NCBI GenBank assembly: GCA_965204345.1
Contig: OZ241981.1
Span: 416,001-480,000, forward strand
From: Nitrosopumilus sp.
GTDB lineage: Archaea > Thermoproteota > Nitrososphaeria > Nitrososphaerales > Nitrosopumilaceae
Direction: 5' to 3'
Length of the DNA stretch: 64,000 nt
Shown here: positions 45,501 through 49,653 of the stretch, in pieces
How positions within the stretch are numbered: position 1 is the first letter of the stretch
How the letters are laid out: each line of letters begins with the position of its first letter
Made by a program: the position numbers and the translations under genes
Notes under the pieces: model-generated
Databases searched by the model: none
Told to the model about the DNA's origin: nothing
The model's input: the letters and a program-made list of their open reading frames with translations, nothing else

Positions 45501-47193
45501 CAGATGGAACAGTTATGGTGCCTGCCCAGTCATCAGATGAGCCGCTTACGATTATGCCGTCAGGATAACTAACAGATACTGTTGCAGAAGAGACATCAGA
45601 AGTAATATTTACAGCAGAATCAGAGACTCTCACGCTCTTGACTCCGCCCTGATCATCAAACGTTGGAGCAGTGGTAAAGTCAAGCAGCTGTCCATCACTG
45701 GCAGCAATGGTACCAGGCAGTGTGTTAGATATGACGTTGAGGGTACTCAAATCAGAAGATGGTGTAAATGTTACTCCGCCATCATCGCTTCCGACTGGGA
45801 CATTGATCTCAGCTGCGGTTCCGGTAATATTATTTGTAAAGGTAGACGTGAATGTGGTAATATCATCAGGTGGCGATGATACAGATGGCAGGATATCAAT
45901 TTGAATGGTGTTATCTCCCTCTTTTAGCAGTCCAGAATTGACTTTGATATCGTAATTTGCTTTTACGTCCTGAGCAAGCGGGTCAGATGATGAGCTGTAT
46001 CCATAACCGGAAGGACCGGTGCCCAAACCGCTACTTAGCGTACTGGTAATGCCATTAAAGTTCAATGCCACAATTTTACCCTCAACGTCTGCTGTCTGTC
46101 CAAAGTTGGCAGCAAGGGCATTTGAGAGACGGTTGCCAAACAAATCAAAGAATGCAACGACCTCATCAGAGTCACCGGGGTTGAGAACCACTCTGAGGAC
46201 TGAGAGATCATCAGGAGAGATTTCGGGATTGAATGCAGAGCCTGGCAGAACCAGGGATAGCTGGCCTGCACTGCCCATCACGGTGATGCGGTTGTTGTTG
46301 CTGCTGCCAACAAATAAATCATGAATGACAAAGCCGACATCATCTATTACAACAGTGACATCGCCAGATGGAGTTACTCTGGTAATTGATGAGCCGCCAG
46401 CTACGACATAGTCTCCGTTTGAGGCAATCTTGACGGCGAGAGGATCTGTATTATCATTAGTTATGCCAGTTGCAATAACAGTTACAGTATCACCTGCATC
46501 TACTTGGTACAGGGTGCCACCGGTTCCAGCATTAGAAACATAAACATAGCTGCCAGTTGCTGACTCTACAACATCAAATGCATTGCCCTGTGGTGTATTA
46601 GTATTAGAGTTAACTGTAACATAGTTGCCTGCACCATCAACTATCATATCAGTTATGCCAGTAGCAGTATCTTCAAGTTCAGTTACAGTGCCATCCGGAC
46701 TTACCTGGGATATGACACCATCAGATGTTGCTACAACAAGATTGCCAGTACCGCCAGGCTGATTTGCAACTGCAATTATATTTGGAATATCTGCAATATC
46801 AGACTCTGTGCCGTTTGCACTTAGTCCAATCAGCTTGCCATTGCCATTATCAGCAATAACATAGTCTCCGCTTTGATCAACTGCAAAATCAGTGGCAGAG
46901 GAAATATTGGCAGATGTACCTACAAGACTTGTCAGAGTTGCAGGAGTGGGTGGCAAAGTCAGGCCATCATTGGTGGCAGGATCACTAATACTAAGCTCTA
47001 TTGACAGTATGTCATCAATATCGGCAAGCACGCCGTTGGTAAAATCGACAAAAATTTCATTATCAGTAAGGGATATGGTTACAGCATCAATTCCAGGATA
47101 TGGCGAAAAGAGCACGGCAAGTACGGCTATCGCTACTGCTAGTGCTCCAAATTCCCGTTTAGATTTGGATTTAATACTTGTAATACTAACCAT
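21868..47193 (-). CDS. Giant secreted surface protein / adhesin, 8441 aa (paralog 1)
   Basis: Single uninterrupted ORF. Signal peptide (KSKSKREF-GALAVAIAVLAVLF-..GIDA), NHL-like propeller repeats, about 70 ~100-aa Ig-like repeats (TFTATFSEDV..F...DITV..YTFDV..DG.VTVSI.A.VATDxAGN, Big_12-like), Cys-paired cadherin-like cassettes, two HFS-motif domains, poly-Gly linker, duplicated C-terminal domain. Confidence 0.93.
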   Translation of the reverse strand: MVSITSIKSKSKREFGALAVAIAVLAVLFSPYPGIDAVTISLTDNEIFVDFTNGVLADIDDILSIELSISDPATNDGLTLPPTPATLTSLVGTSANISSATDFAVDQSGDYVIADNGNGKLIGLSANGTESDIADIPNIIAVANQPGGTGNLVVATSDGVISQVSPDGTVTELEDTATGITDMIVDGAGNYVTVNSNTNTPQGNAFDVVESATGSYVYVSNAGTGGTLYQVDAGDTVTVIATGITNDNTDPLAVKIASNGDYVVAGGSSITRVTPSGDVTVVIDDVGFVIHDLFVGSSNNNRITVMGSAGQLSLVLPGSAFNPEISPDDLSVLRVVLNPGDSDEVVAFFDLFGNRLSNALAANFGQTADVEGKIVALNFNGITSTLSSGLGTGPSGYGYSSSSDPLAQDVKANYDIKVNSGLLKEGDNTIQIDILPSVSSPPDDITTFTSTFTNNITGTAAEINVPVGSDDGGVTFTPSSDLSTLNVISNTLPGTIAASDGQLLDFTTAPTFDDQGGVKSVRVSDSAVNITSDVSSATVSVSYPDGIIVSGSSDDWAGTITVPSVSTAAPPSPDNDVTGLVFSVGDGNNRLTFDQAVRLLLPGQAGQDGAFFSGEDADGLVVSRPLTECSFVPVNQDNANTNLAAGTALESCFTRAGSDMIIWTTHFSSFGSFSASGPASTVLLSTTANPISNLDTISFTATFSGNVTDFELGDITVTGTANGGTPVASNLTGSGTEYTFDVVRGTTDGTVTVSIAAGTVTSGGVGVTASNEVTVEIDTKIPTVSLIHPRYANSNTLTFGVVFAETVFGFNEAEFSLAGVQATNLRGSDRNYQFDIVHSFTDGTFSPSLPSNVAFDAAGNGNGPSSIIQITLDFTPPTPSITTTASTLTNAETVPFKVNFDEDVPSFELDDITVTGTANGGSPAASNLVGSGSVYTFDVARGTTDGTVTVSIDADMLTDLAGNNNVASPSSVTVTIDTDNPGITAVPANGTITNSNPVEFTITLTENVVEDLTSGDITVTGTANGGTPAISSFEGSGNTYTFDVARGSTDGTVTVSIAADTITDAAGNTNEAFATTVTIDTTVSNFLPPVPAVPPVITLERPTLTPPTFSLDDHFTDPDGDTLSYTITTEDCGARITQESNGGIFEFLPFFVHTCTISFDISDGTDASTGGAYAVTIIVEFDPIPTIITDLNIEVQPDQSRTVVLDVNELFEDNKELAFSATGHESNDCTSAIITVQDPPTTLSFDPNDDSAEQCEVRVRVNDGNRDDAIYDITIQYVSAVTVSLSTTANPITNLETIPFTATFGSDVTGFVQSDIVVAINGTETPNLISAFSGNGTDYAFTVTHGIATQGELTVTIPDGAVAGGNTASTTTLTVDRIVPTVSITPINGTITADDPVTFTATFSEDVQNFILDDITVTGTANGTNPTAANFVTVNARTYTFDVARGSTDGTVTVSIAADTITDAAGNTNEAFATTVTIDTTVSNSLPPVPAVRPIINGGIPVLNPITFSLDDHFVDPEGDPLTYIDIASGACSGGVRHESGTISFTPFSPQECTITFNISDGKDTSTGSPYAVDIVVTLNNAPVVIGDLTINVQPHESRIVTLDVTEIFEDEDGDQLLFVDNSPASLDCTDSTVTFGDPATTITFDPVDNLAEQCNIRLSISDNHRIADHLFTINYLLNPTVSLSTTANPVTSSTTIPFTATFSGNVTDFELGDITVTGTANGGTPAASNLAGSGTEYTFDVVRGTTDGTVTVSIAAGTVTSFGNDVTASNEITVEIDTARPTAALSAPSITNSTTIPFTVTFSEDVTGFTDADFALGGINATNIQTVDARTYTFDIVHSEDDATISGTLPENLAVDAAENGNLASDSISVIVDRIRPTPTITTTTSTVINADTVPFTVTFDENVNDFVIADITVTGTANNGTLTATDFVAVDASTYTFNVAGISSDGDVTVSIAADVATDLAGNNNVASPSSVTVTIDTTVSNSLPPVPAVRPIINGGIPVLNPITFSLDDHFVDPEGDPLTYIDIASGACSGGVRHESGTISFTPFSPQECTITFNISDGKDTSTGSPYAVDIVVTLNNAPVVIGDLTINVQPHESRIVTLDVTEIFEDEDGDQLLFVDNSPASLDCTDSTVTFGDPATTITFDPVDNSAEQCNIRLSISDNHRIADHLFTINYLLNPTVSLSTTANPVTSSTTIPFTATFSGNVTDFELGDITVTGTANGGTPAASNLAGSGTEYTFDVVRGTTDGTVTVSIAAGTVTSFGNDVTASNEITVEIDTARPTAALSAPSITNSTTIPFTVTFSEDVTGFTDADFALGGINATNIQTVDARTYTFDIVHSEDDATISGTLPENLAVDAAENGNLASDSISVIVDRIRPTPTITTTTSTVINADTVPFTVTFDENVNDFVIADITVTGTANNGTLTATDFVAVDASTYTFNVAGISSDGDVTVSIAADVATDLAGNNNVASPSSVTVTIDTTVSNSLPPVPAVRPIINGGIPVLNPITFSLDDHFVDPEGDPLTYIDIASGACSGGVRHESGTISFTPFSPQECTITFNISDGKDTSTGSPYAVDIVVTLNNAPVVIGDLTINVQPHESRIVTLDVTEIFEDEDGDQLLFVDNSPASLDCTDSTVTFGDPATTITFDPVDNSAEQCNIRLSISDDHRIADHLFTINYLLNPTVSLSTTANPVTNSTTIPFTATFSGNVTDFELGDITVTGTANGGTPAASNLAGSGTEYTFDVVRGTTDGTVTVSIAAGTVTSFGNDVTASNEITVEIDTARPTAALSAPSITNSTTIPFTVTFSEDVTGFTDADFALGGINATNIQTVDARTYTFDIVHSEDDATISGTLPENLAVDAAENGNLASDSISVIVDRIRPTPTITTTTSTVINADTVPFTVTFDENVNDFVIADITVTGTANNGTLTATDFVAVDASTYTFNVAGISSDGDVTVSIAADVATDLAGNNNVASPSSVTVTIDTTVSNSLPPVPAVRPIINGGIPVLNPITFSLDDHFVDPEGDPLTYIDIASGACSGGVRHESGTISFTPFSPQECTITFNISDGKDTSTGSPYAVDIVVTLNNAPVVIGDLTINVQPHESRIVTLDVTEIFEDEDGDQLLFVDNSPASLDCTDSTVTFGDPATTITFDPVDNSAEQCNIRLSISDDHRIADHLFTINYLLNPTVSLSTTANPVTNSTTIPFTATFSGNVTDFELGDITVTGTANGGTPAASNLAGSGTEYTFDVVRGTTDGTVTVSIAAGTVTSFGNDVTASNEITVEIDTARPTAALSAPSITNSTTIPFTVTFSEDVTGFTDADFALGGINATNIQTVDARTYTFDIVHSEDDATISGTLPENLAVDAAENGNLASDSISVIVDRIRPTPTITTTTSTVINADTVPFTVTFDENVNDFVIADITVTGTANNGTLTATDFVAVDASTYTFNVAGISSDGDVTVSIAADVATDLAGNNNVASPSSVTVTIDTTVSNSLPPVPAVRPIINGGIPVLNPITFSLDDHFVDPEGDPLTYIDIASGACSGGVRHESGTISFTPFSPQECTITFNISDGKDTSTGSPYAVDIVVTLNNAPVVIGDLTINVQPHESRIVTLDVTEIFEDEDGDQLLFVDNSPASLDCTDSTVTFGDPATTITFDPVDNSAEQCNIRLSISDNHRIADHLFTINYLLNPTVSLSTTANPVTSSTTIPFTATFSGNVTDFELGDITVTGTANGGTPAASNLAGSGTEYTFDVVRGTTDGTVTVSIAAGTVTSFGNDVTASNEITVEIDTARPTAALSAPSITNSTTIPFTVTFSEDVTGFTDADFALGGINATNIQTVDARTYTFDIVHSEDDATISGTLPENLAVDAAENGNLASDSISVIVDRIRPTPTITTTTSTVINADTVPFTVTFDENVNDFVIADITVTGTANNGTLTATDFVAVDASTYTFNVAGISSDGDVTVSIAADVATDLAGNNNVASPSSVTVTIDTTVSNSLPPVPAVRPIINGGIPVLNPITFSLDDHFVDPEGDPLTYIDIASGACSGGVRHESGTISFTPFSPQECTITFNISDGKDTSTGSPYAVDIVVTLNNAPVVIGDLTINVQPHESRIVTLDVTEIFEDEDGDQLLFVDNSPASLDCTDSTVTFGDPATTITFDPVDNSAEQCNIRLSISDDHRIADHLFTINYLLNPTVSLSTTANPVTNSTTIPFTATFSGNVTDFELGDITVTGTANGGTPAASNLAGSGTEYTFDVVRGTTDGTVTVSIAAGTVTSFGNDVTASNEITVEIDTARPTAALSAPSITNSTTIPFTVTFSEDVTGFTDADFALGGINATNIQTVDARTYTFDIVHSEDDATISGTLPENLAVDAAENGNLASDSISVIVDRIRPTPTITTTTSTVINADTVPFTVTFDENVNDFVIADITVTGTANNGTLTATDFVAVDASTYTFNVAGISSDGDVTVSIAADVATDLAGNNNVASPSSVTVTIDTTVSNSLPPVPAVRPIINGGIPVLNPITFSLDDHFVDPEGDPLTYIDIASGACSGGVRHESGTISFTPFSPQECTITFNISDGKDTSTGSPYAVDIVVTLNNAPVVIGDLTINVQPHESRIVTLDVTEIFEDEDGDQLLFVDNSPASLDCTDSTVTFGDPATTITFDPVDNSAEQCNIRLSISDDHRIADHLFTINYLLNPTVSLSTTANPVTNSTTIPFTATFSGNVTDFELGDITVTGTANGGTPAASNLAGSGTEYTFDVVRGTTDGTVTVSIAAGTVTSFGNDVTASNEITVEIDTARPTAALSAPSITNSTTIPFTVTFSEDVTGFTDADFALGGINATNIQTVDARTYTFDIVHSEDDATISGTLPENLAVDAAENGNLASDSISVIVDRIRPTPTITTTTSTVINADTVPFTVTFDENVNDFVIADITVTGTANNGTLTATDFVAVDASTYTFNVAGISSDGDVTVSIAADVATDLAGNNNVASPSSVTVTIDTTVPTVTITPADGTRTSDNPVTFTATFSEDVQNFELGDITVTGTVNGTNPAATNFATVDARTYTFDVARGSSDGTVIPSIAAGVATDLAGNSNTASAPVTVTIDTEALTVSVTTTAGDTTNLATVPFTVTFGKAVEDFELADITVEGTANGGTLTASNFAAVDARTYTFNVAGIASDGTVIVSIAADVATDDAENTNVASAPVTVTIDTIVPTVIITPADGTRTSDNPVTFTATFSEDVQNFILADITVTGTVNGTNPAATNFATVNARTYTFDVARGSSDGTVIPSIAADVATDLAGNSNTASAPVTVTIDTEALIVSVTTTAGDNTNLDTVPFTVTFNKPVADFELSDITVTGTANDGTPAASNLAGSGNQYTFDVVRGNSDGTVIVSIAADVATDAAGNLNTAFTSITVTIDTEALTATVATTAGESTNLDTVPFTVTFNKAVEGFELADITVTGTANNGTLTASGFVGDDARTYTFNVADIASDGTVIASIAAGVATDAAGNLNTASTQVTVTVDTTDLTVSVATTAGDNTNLTTIPFTVTFNKDVADFELADITVAGTANDGTPAASNLAGSGADYTFDVLRGTSDGTVTVSIDADVATDAAGNSNLASSSSAAVTIDTTDLTASIATTAGENTNLDTVPFTVTFNKAVEDFELADITVTGTANNGTLTASGFVGDDARTYTFNVADIASDGTVIASIAAGVATDAAGNLNTASTQVTVTVDTTDLTVSVATTAGDNTNLTTIPFTVTFNKDVADFELADITVAGTANDGTPAASNLVGSGAQYTFDVLRGTSDGTVTVSIAADVATDAAGNSNLASPSSAAVTIDTTDLTVSVATTADENTALATVPFTVTFNKAVEDFDASDITVTGTANDGTPAASNLAGSGTDYTFDVLRGTSDGTVTVSIAADVATDIAGNLNTASTQVTVTVDTTAPTVIITPDDGTTTSDDPVTFTATFSEDVQNFVLADITITGTANGTNPTAANFTTVDARTYNFDVARGSSDGTVIASIAAGVATDLAANPNEASAPVTVTIDTVRPTVTLSSNAGANTNSNTITFTATFSRDVVPITTTDITIEGDANGGTLTATNIQTVDASTYTFDVAGIASDGTVIASIAAGVTTDLAGNSNTASTQVTVTVDTTDLTATVTTTAGDNTNLDTVPFTVTFNKAVEDFELVDITVTGTVNGSAPVASNLAGSGAQYTFDVVRGSSDGTVIVSIASDVATDAAGNLNTASAPVTVTIDSEALTVSVTTTAGENTNLDTVPFTVTFNKPVADFELADITVTGTVNGSAPAASNLVGSGAQYTFDVLRGTSDGTVTVTIAENVATDAAGNLNTASAPVTVTIDTVRPTVTLSSNAGANTNSNTITFTATFSRDVDPITADDITIEGDANGGTLTATNIQTVDNRTYTFDVAGIASDGDVIASIAAGVTADSLGNSNTASTQVTVTVDTTDLTVSVTTTAGENTNLTTIPFTVTFNKPVEDFELSDITVTGTVNGSAPAASNLVGSGAQYTFDVVRGSSDGTVTVSIAAGVATDAAGNSNLASPSSAAVTIDTIALTATVTTTADENTALATVPFTVTFNKAVEDFDASDITVMGTANDGTPAASNLAGSGTDYTFDVLRGTSDGTVTVTIAADVATDIAGNLNTASTSITVTIDTTTPTVTITPPDGTTTSDDPVTFTATFSEDVQNFDASDITVTGSANGGAPAATNFETVNARTYTFDVARGSSDGTVIASIDAGEATDLAANLNEASAPVTVTIDTVRPTVTLSSNAGANTNSNTITFTATFSRDVDPITADDITIEGDANGGTLTATNIQTVDNRTYTFDVAGIASDGDVIASIAAGVTADSLGNSNTASTQVTVTVDTTDLTVSVTTTAGENTNLTTIPFTVNFNKPVADFELADITVTGTVNGSAPVASNLAGSGAQYTFDVLRGSSDGTVTVTIAENVATDAAGNLNTASAPVTVTIDTQALTASVTTTAGDTTNSNTVPFTVTFNKAVENFVTNDITVGGTANGGTLTASSFAAVNDRTYTFNVAGIASDGDVIVSIESDVATDAAGNLNTASNSVTVIIDTMAPTVTITPADGTITGADPVTFTATFSEDVQNFELAGITITGTANGGAPAAANFVTVDDRTYTFDVARGSSDGTVTSSIAADVATDLAGNSNTASAPVTVTIDTTALTVSITPADGTITGDDPVTFTATFSEDVQDFVLADITITGTANDGNPVATNFATVDARTYTFDVARGSTDGTVSPSIAANVATDLAGNSNTASAPVTVTIDTIVPTVSITPADGTITGDDPVTFTATFSEDVQNFVLADITVTGTANGDAPAATNFATVDARTYTFDVARGTTDGTVTPSIAVDVATDLAGNSNTASAPVTVTIDTLVPTVSVTTTANDLTNSDTITFTATFNEDVQNFVLADITVAGTANDGAPAAANLVTVGARTYTFDVARGSSDGTVIASIDAGALTDLAGNSNTASNLVTVTIDTTAPTVSVSSPAGSSTGLDTVPFIVEFREDVEEFILTDITVTGTANNGTLTATDFVAVDARTYTFNVAGISSDGTVIISIAADVAADLAGNSNTASVPVTVTIDTTVSYVSLSTNAADPTNSDTISFTATFSEDVTEFVESDITVAIDGVPSDTPGSLISAFSGSGADYAFTVTHGITTGGELTVTIPDDVVTDGNTDAVHIITVDMVRPSVSITPADGITTTSDDQVTFTATFSEDVQNFELGDITVTGTANSGNPVASNIGGDGSVYTFNVARGSTDGTIVVSIAADVATDLAGNLNTASAPVTVTINTTGDTIEDNIPLGSDVVRTYLASSNLITLNVIHDTLPETIFTTDGQLLDFNGAPTFGTANPTVPKSVTISDSVTVVNSTLSDSQTVTVTYPANVVVSDSSGDWTGRIAVPSLSTGTAVPPTPNDEIGLAFSVGDDNTRLTFDQAVRLLLPGQASYEGAFFSEEVADGVVDSRSLVVCPFVPVNQTTANTNLEAGTALESCFVRDGSDMIIWTTHFSSFGSFSTVPVEPTPSTPSSSRSGGGGGGGGGGGGGGASLPSSGSSVANGASAAVLYDVQWDVCEANTINVIAGPVTDNLSVKLRTYAGVITAERSDEQSYPGRISFDANLSPNESFVHVQVENIASRGISTDSKSLNITECSGSVSVNTYESSSPVITGGSAVVTPDQPSSRADLPTDTMTDLPAVPIPGLAPVQTPQLVREFLADFTDITNDNTGMRLTDFQTLQSNPDKYAETVLGISGQTVTTVALTDRPGSEESNNNANLFLQISSSDDMVNSMRGVLLGGDTIEIIAGDGSRTIVPTSAEIAIASEDAVTVSQKSGMKINDISTQVDLPDVLKEFLNTNIEFTNEDTGETLTQYMVLQSVPDVFAEKELGISGQTVTTIAFPDRYGREDSNDDLNVFVQFTHTDEQVNSLRGIQQGGNAISVSTNGVEQGILTQTVEIPLG
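29750..30990 (-). repeat. 624-bp (two Ig domain) tandem duplication within paralog 1
   Basis: Sequence at 29915 recurs at 30539 with few substitutions; boundaries approximate. Confidence 0.85.
32248..42772 (-). repeat. Tandem array of 7 near-identical 1500-bp (500-aa) units within paralog 1
   Basis: Lines at 32281, 33781, 35281, 36781, 38281, 39781 and 41281 are identical; only three internal polymorphic sites seen by eye. Confidence 0.97.
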
Positions 47194-47219
47194 ATGAATA
47201 AATTTACAGTAAAAACGAC

Positions 47220-47270
47220 ATTAATAAAACCTTTGATCATTTTGGCATGCCCCCCCCCCGAGTTTATAAG
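47220..47270 (-). promoter_or_regulatory. Putative promoter of the giant gene with a G10 homopolymer
   Basis: Minus strand reads CTTATAAA-CTC-G10-CATGCCAAAATGATC-AAAGG-TTTTATTAA-(~27 nt)-ATG: two TATA-like boxes flank the G10 tract (47250-47259). Confidence 0.5.
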
Positions 47271-47323
47271 CAAGACTGCAGGATGGGTGATTTTCTTAAA
47301 AAAAAATACCAGAATTTTAAAAT

Positions 47324-47722
47324 TTAATCAATCAAAAGCGGGATTGAGTTGCCATTACTGTCCCACGCAAAAATAGAATCGTCATTGTAGGGGGATTTTA
47401 CAATTACTGAGACTAGTCCAAAGAAATTATGCAAGTCAGTTACAGACGGCTCTGCTGAACCGCTAGGATGAGAATGGACAATCCCGACATAGCTCATATC
47501 AAAGGGCAGAAACGAATGTGGAAAACCTGCAAAAGTAGGCCCGGTCTCACTAAAGGGAGGAATTACCAGACCGTTTATCGTTATTTCCCCATTTTTTGAC
47601 TTTCCTTTTAAGATCAGAATTCCTTCATTGGGATGCTTCATCTGGCAAAAAGAGAGAATGCTGTCAAGGACATCCTTTTTTATCAATACTTTGCGTTCAA
47701 ATTTTTTCCTTTTAAATAACAT
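47324..47722 (-). CDS. JAMM/MPN+ (Mov34) family metalloprotease
   Basis: HPNEGILIL and VHSHPSGSAEPSVTDL (E..HxH-x7-S-x2-D). Confidence 0.93.
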   Translation of the reverse strand: MLFKRKKFERKVLIKKDVLDSILSFCQMKHPNEGILILKGKSKNGEITINGLVIPPFSETGPTFAGFPHSFLPFDMSYVGIVHSHPSGSAEPSVTDLHNFFGLVSVIVKSPYNDDSIFAWDSNGNSIPLLID

Positions 47723-47753
47723 AACAGCACTCCAACGTCAAACTAATTTAATT

Positions 47754-49046
47754 TTAGGAGGTCAGAAGGACATAGTGTATGTTTGAGAACTGCCTTAATT
47801 TTTGCTCAATTTCCAAAATCAGTTTGGGTATCTTAGAGTCAGTCTCATCAATTTCGCCTTGGAGGGTTTTGGATTTTAGTTTAGAACCATCTAGCAAGGC
47901 AGCATTTTTGGCAAGATCAGACTCAAATGAGATTAGCTCATCAGACATCAGAGAACCTAGGTCGTCTTTGATCTTCTCATGTTGTTTATAGTAATCTGAA
48001 ATCTGCCTGACAAACCCGTCCAGTGATTCTTCTATCTCGGTAATTTGAGAGGATGTCTTATCAACATCCTTTACGGAGATGGAACCAGAGAAGACGCCTT
48101 TTCTGACATTTTCAAGAATTATTATAACAGAATCTTTGTTCTGAGGTGTCAGAGCATCAAAGGGTTCTGAAACCAGGGTAGACAGTATACTTTTTTGTTC
48201 CTTATCAAGGGAGGACGCATACTCGTAACGGCTCAGGGGACGGGAGATTTTTGTAAATTGGGTATTGATGTCATTTTTGATCTTTGATTTTTTTGTTGCA
48301 AATGTGTTTAATTTGGCTTTTAAGTCAACATAGCTTTTGTATCTGTCCGAGGATTTGATCTTTTCAATCTCGCTTTGTATGGATGTAATTTTTTCAGAGA
48401 GTGCAAAAAGAGTGTTTTGAATTTCGGAGATTTTTTTGGATTTTTCCTGGCGTGAATTAGTCAAGTGAGCAATTTGATCAAGTCCATCAGTAATTTCATC
48501 AGAAAGCAGTTTTGCCGAATTAAAATTTTTTAGGAACTTGCGAATCTCAGAGTGATTGGCGTTCATGACCTCAAGGTTTTCCTTTAGCTGTGATGCATAT
48601 TTTTTTGCAAAGATATGAATGACCCGGGTCTGTCGCCCCAGAACATCCCCTATTTTTTTGAGAGTTTGGCCCAGTACAACGTTTAGTTTCTCAGCATCAT
48701 CAAAGGATTTGATTTTCGGCAGAGAGACGACATTTTTTTTCATTACGTCAATGACTTGTTTTTTGCCCCTAACAACAATAATGGCAAGATGCCTGTCAAT
48801 ATCATCGACATTAAGATTGTCTTTTTCAAGGACATTGGCAATTTTTGCCAAGTCATCAATGAGTGGCTGGGTATTATTTCTTATGTTGTTAATTTCAGAT
48901 AGAGTCTGGGATTTCCTTAATTCAACAAGCTCAGATAGGATTTTGGGGACATCAGCAAGTGAAATCTCCCTAGTAGCTTGCGGGACTTTTTCAGCAGGCT
49001 CTTCTTTCTGTTTTTTCTTGCCCCATCCAAATACCATTGATATCAT
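47754..49046 (-). CDS. Long coiled-coil protein
   Basis: 430 aa, K/E/L/I/S-rich heptad-like pattern, no Walker motifs. Confidence 0.75.
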   Translation of the reverse strand: MISMVFGWGKKKQKEEPAEKVPQATREISLADVPKILSELVELRKSQTLSEINNIRNNTQPLIDDLAKIANVLEKDNLNVDDIDRHLAIIVVRGKKQVIDVMKKNVVSLPKIKSFDDAEKLNVVLGQTLKKIGDVLGRQTRVIHIFAKKYASQLKENLEVMNANHSEIRKFLKNFNSAKLLSDEITDGLDQIAHLTNSRQEKSKKISEIQNTLFALSEKITSIQSEIEKIKSSDRYKSYVDLKAKLNTFATKKSKIKNDINTQFTKISRPLSRYEYASSLDKEQKSILSTLVSEPFDALTPQNKDSVIIILENVRKGVFSGSISVKDVDKTSSQITEIEESLDGFVRQISDYYKQHEKIKDDLGSLMSDELISFESDLAKNAALLDGSKLKSKTLQGEIDETDSKIPKLILEIEQKLRQFSNIHYVLLTS

Positions 49047-49113
49047 TCACATCGGGGGATTAAAAATTGTTGTACAGCTAAGATTTAAAATTCACCGAGT
49101 TTTAGAGGGATAA

Positions 49114-49614
49114 ATGGCAAAATCCACCAAAAAAGGGTTTCATACCGGAACAGTCAGAAAAACCACCAAAAAAGGGTTTCATACCGGAACAGTCAGAAAA
49201 ACCATCAGAATTAAGGCATCAAAAGACAGAGTATGGAGAAAGATCAGCAACATTGCAGGGCTGCCAGCATGGGTGGCAGATGTCAAAAAGACAGTCTATT
49301 TATCAAAAAAGAAAACAAACGTAGGAGCTGTCAGACTGATTACGTTTGCAGACGGAAATAGGATTGAAGAGCATGTTGTGGCATGGGAAAAGGGAAGATA
49401 TTTCACGTACGTTGCAACCAATGGTCTGCCTCTAAGGGCATATGTTGCAACAATATCAATCAAGCCAAAAGGCAAGAGTCTTGTAGAACTGACATGGCAG
49501 TCATACCTAAACAGTAAAAAAATGCCTGAACGCAAGTTCTTAGATTTTGTGGTATTTTTAGGAGCGTTTTATGAGACATCGCTTGAAAACCTAAAAGAAC
49601 TGCTTGAAAAATAA
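49114..49614 (+). CDS. SRPBCC (polyketide cyclase/dehydrase-like) family protein
   Basis: IRIKASKDRVWRKISNIAGLPAW, VGAVRLITFADG, LENLKELLEK. Confidence 0.88.
   Translation: MAKSTKKGFHTGTVRKTTKKGFHTGTVRKTIRIKASKDRVWRKISNIAGLPAWVADVKKTVYLSKKKTNVGAVRLITFADGNRIEEHVVAWEKGRYFTYVATNGLPLRAYVATISIKPKGKSLVELTWQSYLNSKKMPERKFLDFVVFLGAFYETSLENLKELLEK
49124..49204 (+). repeat. Perfect 39-bp in-frame tandem duplication
   Basis: ccaccaaaaaagggtttcataccggaacagtcagaaaaa x2, giving TKKGFHTGTVRKT twice. Confidence 0.95.
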
Positions 49615-49653
49615 CAAATCAAAGTGTAAATACAGCAAACCATTAAAAAAATC

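Noticed and set aside
21920-47197. Many long + strand ORFs (up to 726 aa) opposite giant gene 1, and likewise at 52406-63931
   Set aside because: Antisense shadows: the Thr/Val/Asp/Ala-rich sense frame rarely uses TTA, CTA or TCA, so the mirror frame lacks stops. The products are low-complexity V/S/A/T strings that repeat with the sense repeats.
47754-49046. SMC/SbcC ATPase call for the coiled-coil protein
   Set aside because: No Walker A/B or ABC signature motifs are visible.
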